A stretch of 64,000 nt of DNA from the human T2T-CHM13v2.0 reference genome, Homo sapiens. Shown one piece after another: positions 54,257 to 64,000 of the stretch (position 1 is its first letter; every line of letters begins with the position of its first letter). The stretch is taken from assembly GCF_009914755.1 (NCBI RefSeq), contig NC_060936.1; one strand, 5' to 3'. A model generated the notes under the pieces. That model did no database searches. It saw nothing but the letters and a program-made list of their open reading frames with translations, and had not been told where the DNA came from. The translations under genes were made by a program, and so were the position numbers.

Positions 54257-55658
54257 TATTTGGCACAACACTATGAATACTAACCCTGTTTTACAGTTGA
54301 GGAAACTAGATGATGTTTTTCTGTATATTGAGAAAGTCAAACCCAAAAGTGACCACAAAGGAATATTTTTCTCATTTCAGATTTTAAACATAGAAAGTAT
54401 GTGTGTATGTGTTTGTATGTGAAATAAATTTTTAAAAATGCCCACACAGAATATTCAAGTTCCACTTTGTACTTCTTTGAGAAGTTGGTCAAAATGGGGC
54501 AATCTGGAAGAAGCTATCCAATCAGACTTTATTTGTGTAGGAAATCACAACTAGTAAGTTGGAGGAACATAAGGTTTTGAGTCAGCAACATTTGGTTTCA
54601 CTCTTGATTGACTATATTTTTAGTTCTACTTACATTTACACTTTACTCTTTATCTTTACATATGCTACTAACAATTTATGTAAAATTTATGTAAAAATTA
54701 TCTAGGCTAAAACATTACTAGCACACATTTCTAGTTGGTATTTTTCCAGCATGGACAGCTTAATGTCCTTGAGAACATACCTGGGAAGATGAAGTAGGAT
54801 TTCATACAAAGATCAGCTCTCTACAGGGAGAAGAGATTAAATACATTGTATTAGTCTCATAGTTACCCAAGGTGACTGAGCTGGATGACAATGTTAATGC
54901 ATTCTTTTTCTTTTCACTTTTTCTAGTTAGATTCAGGATAACTGGTATAGTATTTCTGTCCAGAATCAAAGGTCTTCATGGCTTCCCAGTGAAGCCTCAG
55001 ACAACAAATTGGAGGTGAGAAAAAAGACAAGTTTGTCACTTCTTAGAGAAATCATTAGCTATGAGACAAATAAAATAGGGGACAAAGAATGGAAAATGTT
55101 TTCAGAATCAGGGCAACCTTGTGGTATAATGTTTCTGACCTTGATAAATACAAATAAAAAATATAAATGGAGTAAGAAAAAAAATATTAAGGAGGCACCA
55201 GCATAATCTAGAACTGATTCATACCTTAAGCAGGGAAAAGGCTGACAGAAAGGCAGGTGAGGGGGAACGATGGAGATTTCAAGCAAAGGTGATAGTGTTG
55301 AATAATTTAAATCGCTTATTAATTGTTTCCACAGTACTGATTTTTCTGCTCCTGTAAAGCTGCATTGAGCTATATTATGATAAATTTCAAATCAGAGAAA
55401 CTGCTTTACAATAAATATGACACAAAATAGGTACAATTTTTGTAGATTTTGATCAGAGGAATAAAACTTTTTTTTTGCAAGATAATTCTGTAAATTTTGC
55501 ACAGGTATTATTAGAGAGGAGAAAGAAAATTTGAGGTTTTAAAATTAGCCAAAAGGATGTAGCAATATCTGGGTCTAAGATAGCCATAACATAGGCTTGA
55601 ACAGCGATGATGACATTGATGGAGATCAAGAAAAATGCAAGATGAAACTGAGAGGAGA

Positions 55659-55972
55659 GGCCCGGCGCGATGACTCACGCCTGTAATCCCAGCACTTTAG
55701 GAGGCTGGCAGATCACTTGAGGCCAGAAGTTTGAGACCAGCCTGGCCAACATGGTGAGACCTGTGTCTCTACTAAAAATACAAAAATTAGCCGGGCGTGG
55801 TGGTGTGTGCCTGTAATCCCATCTACCCAGGAGGCTGAGGCAGGAGAATCGCTGGAACCTGGGAGGCAGACTCTGCAGTGAGCCAAGATTGAGCCACTCA
55901 CTGCACTCCAACTCCAGCCTGAGTGACAGAGCAAAACTGTCAAAAAAAAAAAAAAAAAAAGAAAAGAAAGAA
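55659..55972 (+). mobile_element. AluS (Sz/Sx-like) full length
   Basis: Dimeric Alu with A tail; TSD GAAACTGAGAGGAGA / GAAACAGGGAGGAGA. Confidence 0.94.
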
Positions 55973-58139
55973 AGAAACAGGGAGGAGAAATTACAGAATT
56001 GTAAATAAAAATTCATTTCTTCACTAAAAATCCTAAAGATAAGCAATCTGTTATTGTTACTACAATAGTGATATCTATCTTAGTAAAAATCACAGTAAAG
56101 GGGGGAAAATATCATCACTTTCAAAAGTAAAATCTACCATGAGAGTAAGCAAACAGAAAAATAAGTTCCTGATGTTTAAGTTGTAGTAGTCTGAATGTTT
56201 GCTATGGTGAAAACAAATAAACAAGTCAAATGGTAACAAATTAACAAGAACAAATATGAATTTTTTCAGACATCATTGTGATGAATTAATGGCTGTTATA
56301 TAGCAAATGTAAAGAAAAATTATGGGAAGGAAGAAATAATAGAAGAAAGCTGTTAAAATTATCTTGGTTTCATATTTTTAGTATGTTTTCAGGTGACTAC
56401 TCTTTGCAATGCTCATAATTAATCTGAAATTGATTTTGCATAGTGTTGCTCATAGAGATAGAAAGGCCTAAATACACTAGAAATTCACTTTAATTTTCAT
56501 GAAATCAAATGTTTCTGTTTTGCATTAGCAGAGATGCAGAGATTAATTTAAAAGTTAGTTGAGGTAGTTTTTAGGTTATATTTTAGAGTTTTTTTATTGG
56601 AATAATAGAATAAAGCAGTATTTTTACAAAGGTACCACTAGGAACTCAGTTGGATGTCTTTTCTTTTTAACACATACAAACTATAGCAAACAATTGTATA
56701 TTTTTTGGCTTATAACAATTTCAAGAGGATTTTAAGTCAATTAAAATGAAATTGGCAACTCGTTTAATTTGATACTATTTTTTACACAAATATGTTTAGC
56801 AATAAAAAAGAAGTGAAGTGCAGAAAATGCAATTTGGAAAACAAAGCTGTTTCTAAGTGCAACATTTGTCAAATATCTTTAGGACTGAGCAGTTCTAAGA
56901 ATGATTCATTGTGCATGAATGACTGAGAAAACACAAATTCAAATAAATGATTGGTTCTAGCAATGATTGAGTAGGTGGATACAAATTTTATCATTTAGTT
57001 TGGCATTGCTAAGTGAGGAAGGGTTGATTTATATGAATTAGCATTAATTACAAAGTATTTAATTTGGACCTAGTAAATTGTAAATCTTAAAAAATGAAAT
57101 TAATAATTCTCTAATAAATTTTAATATTTTATGAAAGTCAAAAAGTAAGTTTCTGTAGAAATCTCATGTAAATATTTGTAGACCTAAGTTTTCAATTATA
57201 TCTTTAAATAAGTAATAAATATCATAGAATTACAGAATTGGAATAGTGAACTTAAACTAAAGCCAGAACTCAAGTATATTAAGACATAAACCAAAAGGTT
57301 GAGAATGAGAGAGTTTGGTTCTTGACGAGAGTAGCCAGTAACTGGTATATATGGTGTTACAGATGTGTAATGCTTCCTCTATAGCCTTTACACAGAGGAA
57401 TTGAACAGAAAGATGTCAATCTTATCAGATCTGTGTAGGAGAAAATATCTCCATAAATGTGATCGAAAAAGCCAAGTCTACTTTATCATTGAATAGCAAT
57501 GTTCTGCCAGGATTTCCCCCCAGGAAGCAACCTGAGAAACAAGATTTTACCTGCAGATTATCCAAATATAACAATATTATATTCAACAGATGCTCTTCAA
57601 GAAGCAGGTCATTGACTTCATAATGTGTTGTTATAATCAGGAATGAACGAAAAATATCCACATTACTATGATTTATATTTGTTTCTTAGAATACACCTTA
57701 GAATGTAAATTCAATTTATTCTCTATCATTCTGGTGTATGAATTGAGTAGCTTATGTAATTGACACATTCTGAATCACAATGTTGAGTGATTATGAATTA
57801 ATCATTAAATATCTAATAAAGCTTATGATACAAAATAGAAAAATATAAACATATGTAGGGACTCATTATTTTACAAGAGTCTCTTTAGTTATCTTTCTGG
57901 AATTTTTTAAAGAATTCAGTGTCATTCAAATGTGTTCCCTTTTAATAATAAAAATATTACCCTTTTAAGATTTTAAAAAATTAATGTGCCATTTCAAAAC
58001 TTAAAGATCTACTATATTTAGAACTATGCCATTTACAAAATTTCTAAAATATATTTTAATTGTCTCTTCTTTCATGATTTGCCCTTCCTGAGAATCCTTT
58101 CTGTCCTAATAACTCTATTGTCTCTCCCCTCTCTAGTTT

Positions 58140-58575
58140 AAAAAAGCACTTAAGTGCCTACTATAGAACAAGCTCTGTGCTAAGTTAGAAAGATGCAAAT
58201 ATTTTAGAAAATAATGGTCCTCAACCTAAGCCACTTTCATATTCCAGTGGACTTAACAAATATATATAATTTCAAATACTGTCAAACGTGTTATTATTAA
58301 CTCACAGAAGATGGCTACTTATTGCATCCAGAAGATTCAAGAAAATGTTCCTAGTGAAATAAAATAATACTTGAACTGAGATTTGAAAGATACTTAATGC
58401 TAGATAAAAGAGGCGTGAAAATCCATTTTGAGGAGAGGAAATAGCAAAAGCACAAGTGCAGTGGCAAAGAGTAATATGAAATATGTCATGATCATTATAG
58501 GCAGATTGTTTTTCCTAGACTATAAAATAAATTCAGAACAAGAGGAGGTTGAAACTGGAGACATATGTGTGAGCC
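58140..58575 (-). mobile_element. L2 fragment
   Basis: 'aagcacttaagtgcctactatagaacaagctctgtgctaag...acttgaactgagatttgaaaga...gagaggaaatagcaaaagcacaag'. Confidence 0.65.
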
Positions 58576-59093
58576 AAGTTGTTTATATTGTTCTTTAATC
58601 TCTATTTTGTCTCACAAATAAGATGGAAATCTTTTGGAAAGATAGTGGAAGGCATAGTATATTTTGTACCTTTAAAATGTTTTTCTGTAAGCATTATAGG
58701 AAGGCCACAATATAATACTCTAACAGCATAATATGACTTATCATTATCCTTTAATGATAATGTAGGATGATGAAATACTAATGATGATAGCATTATTGTC
58801 TGTAATTGCTTTGTCACTATTTACCCTAGCTCTCTGACTTTAACTCCTAAGAATCGTCAATGAAGACTACATAAATGTGTATTCCCCTTTCTTCATGTTT
58901 TTGTGGGGAGAGCCTTCCACCACAGTACCGCTCCCATACTCTTGTCTTGTCTTGCCTCTGTTCTCACTCACCAACCTGAAGCATGTGGAAAGACATCTAA
59001 TGGGTGACTTGGGGATATGAACTGATTACATGTCACTCAGCCCACTCTCATTTCTCTTCAGTTTTGCCTGCCCTCAGTACAAGGTGCTTCCCC

Positions 59094-59094
<1 letters not shown>

Positions 59095-59168
<74 letters not shown>
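59095..59168. repeat. (TG)n(GA)n compound microsatellite
   Basis: Direct reading. Confidence 0.95.
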
Positions 59169-59169
<1 letters not shown>

Positions 59170-59541
59170 TATGGTTTGGCTGTGTCCCCACCCAAAATCT
59201 CATCTTGAATTTTAATCCCCATAATCCCCACATGTCCAGGGAGACACCAGGAGGAGGTACTTGGATCATGTGGACAATTTTCCCCATGCTGTTCTCTTGA
59301 TAGTGAATGAGTTCTCACTATATCTTATGGTTTTGTAAGTGTTTGGTAGTTCCTCCTGCATTCATTCTCCTTCCTACTGCCTCGTGAAGAAGGTGTCTTG
59401 CTTCCCCTTTGCCTTCAGCCATGATTTTAAGTTTCCTGAGGCCTCCTAGCCACGCTGTACTGTGAGTCAATTAAACCTTTCTTTTATAAGTTACTCAGTC
59501 TCAGGCAGTTCCTTATAGCAGTGTGAAAATGGACTAACACA
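59167..59541 (+). mobile_element. THE1D-like solo LTR
   Basis: 'gatatggtttggctgtgtccccacccaaaatctcatcttgaatt...tatagcagtgtgaaaatggactaacaca'. Confidence 0.9.
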
Positions 59542-60264
59542 GTGTGTATGTGTTTGTGCGTGTACATGCATTGCGAAGGCTGGGGATGTTGAGGTGTGCC
59601 AGTTAGTGGGTAATAAGGATAATTTAAAGGTCAACTATTATAAGCTGATTTTAGCAAATATTTAAGCATAGCATATGGACATGATTACAAGAGAAAATTT
59701 GTACTTTCTATCTACCCGGTCATTTCTCAGTTGGTTTCAACCTCAAACAGAGGAGAGAAGGGTGCTATGAATTAATCTTCTAAACCTCTAACATATACGA
59801 AGGAACATTTTAATACGTATTCCTAATTGGAACTGGCCCATTTAAAGGTATGATTGGGATGGAAGATTTTGTGCACTTGTTTCCCTCTTTATTTCACTTA
59901 ATTCCTGGAATCCATTCCAATTGCTCATGTTGTCCAGTAGTCTATCCAGGCTTCCTCTCCCTTCCTCAGATGCAGCTTCTATTCTGCTCTATTCTGCATG
60001 AAGATTTACATGCCTGTTTAATAATTTTCTCTGGAGTAACAAGATGATAAGTAGTGATGAGTTTTTGAGCTGCCACTACTGAATAATACATATGCAATTG
60101 AGCATATGTTCTCTGCATGCCAAATATCTTTATCCAAATATGTGACTCTAAAAGTAGAAAATTCACATTCAATGACAAGCTTTTGGAAAGTTATTTATGA
60201 GCAGATGGGCTTTTTGGTATGTTTGTGTTCCATCAAGTTGATAACTAAATATTTCATCTAAATA

Positions 60265-61619
<1,355 letters not shown>

Positions 61620-61620
<1 letters not shown>

Positions 61621-61642
61621 TCTCTCCCCTTCTCTATCTCTG

Positions 61643-61691
<49 letters not shown>

Positions 61692-61753
61692 TTATCTTCT
61701 ATCTATCTTCTATCTATCTATCTATCTATCTATCTATCCTCTTGTGTTTGTAT

Positions 61754-61800
<47 letters not shown>
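61620..61800. repeat. (TCTA)n tract followed by (TA)~22
   Basis: Direct reading. Confidence 0.95.
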
Positions 61801-61805
<5 letters not shown>

Positions 61806-61816
61806 CAGGAAATGTG

Positions 61817-61952
61817 TGAATAGGCTACAGTATAATGTAAAAATAAGTTTTATATATACTAGAAAACCAAAAAAATCATGTGATTTATTACAATGTTCAC
61901 CTTATTGTGGTGATCTGGAATCAAATCCATAATATCTTCAAGGTAGCCTTGC
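61817..61952 (+). mobile_element. second copy of the Tigger1 3' terminus
   Basis: 'aataggctacagtataatgtaaaaataagtttt...aaaccaaaaaaatcatgtga...tctggaatcaaatccataatatcttcaaggtagcctt' is homologous to 61500-61615. Confidence 0.8.
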
Positions 61953-64000
61953 ATTTGAATAATATTTGTTTGGAGTTTATCAGAGAAGCCCTAAGTGACA
62001 ACAGCAAGTAAGGCAGTAACAGTGTTGCAAACATTGTAGGATGTCTCACTCAACATAATGTATAATATTTATTCCCTTGCTTGTCTGTATTATAGAAACA
62101 CGATAGTGAAATACCAACATTCATGCCTCAGGGAGTACATGAGACACAGTTCTAGTCACTGAGATGTCAACAATAACCCCTGGTATGGCATCTCTTCTCA
62201 AATAAGGTACTGTTAGAAGAAAACTTTTAGCTCACCCTTTCCCTCCTGCCTAGTGTGCAGGAAATATAAGGATGTAAATGCCCCATGTTTTAAAAATGAA
62301 GTGAAATTCAGATGTTGAAGATTGTTTGGGATGACATTGTTGAGCACCAAGTGAAAAATAGGTTCCATGTTTCAACCACTATTCATTGGATTTATTTCTC
62401 ACAAACACATTACTAACCGACAAAGGTAACAAGTGCATTTCAACTTTGGATAGGTCATGATTCTTAGCTGCAGACACTAGAAGCTAATCTAGCTCGTTTA
62501 TTCTAATTTGTTAAGGAATTGGTTAGTGGAAGTCACATAATACAGAATTGTTAGGGTGGTTTTTAAGCTTGGCTACTACATGAGTAGAAGATGCACTTGA
62601 AGAATGACATCTTTAGAAGAAATGCCCAACCACATCATGGGGTCACTGAAAGGGAAAGATATTGCCATTTCCATTGCCTCTACAATAGGAGCTAGAAACT
62701 AGAAATTTTATCACATCTACCCCAGGAAACCCACATGCAACAGTTGCTTCGTGTTCTTTCTCTTCATTCATGTTTTATGCAGGTGCATCTGCTTGGAAGA
62801 ACCTAAGTCCCATGCCTGCACACTTAGTTAAAAGGATATTTGGAAAATGCAGCTTATATGTTGCCAGCCTCTATTTTTCAAGAAAGCAAGCCAAAAAAGT
62901 ACTGAAATGAGTGTGTGAGTGGTGAGTGAGTTAATATAAAGTGTCTGCAACAAACTGTGCCAACCTTGATTGGTACTGACTTCCTGGAGTGGTGTTCTGA
63001 GGAGTGGCTGAACATATGCATGCTCAGCAAGGAAGAGTGACACGATTTATTAGTGATATCTGTTGAGATACAGAGGGAAAGTTTGGATTTGCTTGCCACT
63101 TATTGTTTCATCTCCAAGCAAATACTGAAATAAAAAGGCCACTAAAGAGTGTCAGCTGGGGATTTGAGACAGATCAATTACAGGAAAGTAAGATCTGGAA
63201 AACACTAAGCTACTCTATTGCTGAGCTACTTAGTCTCAGGCAGAATTGGAGGAACTGAGATTACACAGAGAAGAGACAATGGAAGTAGGACTATCCTGGA
63301 ACAGAAATACACAAATTAGCACCCTTCCCTTGAGCTGAAGTTATTTTGTCACTTGTTTAGTCAATCTTTAGTTTGTGGGCAGAAAAACAAACAAACATGA
63401 ATCTAATTGGGGCTGAAAATTTATTTTAGAAACACCTGCTTCTGAAATCTTACAGAAGCATATTATATCAAAGGTTCCTTACCTTCAAGATCTATTCAGA
63501 AATGAATAAACTAAGACAAATAATATGTAATTTCTAGGCCCGTAAAACTTATCTGGCCATTTCTTTTTATATGTGAAAAATCTGTGACCCAGAGATACTA
63601 TGGCTTATGTAAGGTAAAAATGTTAGCAGAGTATTTAAGTATTTCTCAGGCCTATGCTTTTTCTATTAATATGTAATCACATGTTCATTTAATCATCCAT
63701 ATTAAAATGCCATTTTCTTAAATATTATATATAATAAAGAAATATATAAAATAAAGTCTCCATGAACAAGCAGTTTATAATAAAATGGATGAAAAAAGAC
63801 ACATAAATACTGCATTCTTTACAAATTCCAAAGGAAGGAAAGTCATAAAAAAAAAGTATGAAGTTGGAACCAGTCAGATTTTCAGTTCAGAATCTGCCTA
63901 TATGTGAAAAAGAGAAAATGAGTTTATTAAATTAATCACTGGAAAGAACAAAGAGCAAAGTTTTTAATTAATTTCCACAAAGAAGGCAAAAAACCCACTA

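Noticed and set aside
62100-63330. Possible ancient MLT1/LTR fragments
   Set aside because: Resemblance is too weak to assign family or boundaries by eye.

Overview
AT-rich, repeat-dense primate (human-like, Alu-containing) intergenic or intronic DNA. I find no intact host protein-coding gene, RNA gene or CRISPR array, and no convincing new multi-gene system. Almost all ORFs in the supplied track are artefacts of low-complexity DNA or decayed retroelements. Main contents: a ~2 kb AT-rich minisatellite (2.9-4.9 kb); an internally deleted ERV-L with its MLT2 LTR; two deeply nested insertion stacks (14.8-23.7 kb and 40.4-47.2 kb), each with a twin-primed 5'-inverted L1; a full-length THE1A-like provirus; several Tigger/MER DNA transposons and Alus; and two processed pseudogenes. 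One is an old CRIPT retrocopy (45.2-46.5 kb, not represented in the ORF track). The other is a full-length MAP1LC3B retrocopy (52.0-52.9 kb, minus strand) whose frameshift yields a 120-aa ORF ending in a C-terminal Gly, like mature LC3-I. Several small hairpin or templated-duplication clusters look like template-switching or repair scars. Repeat family calls and parent-gene comparisons come from remembered consensus sequences, not a database search, so subfamily labels and some boundaries are approximate.
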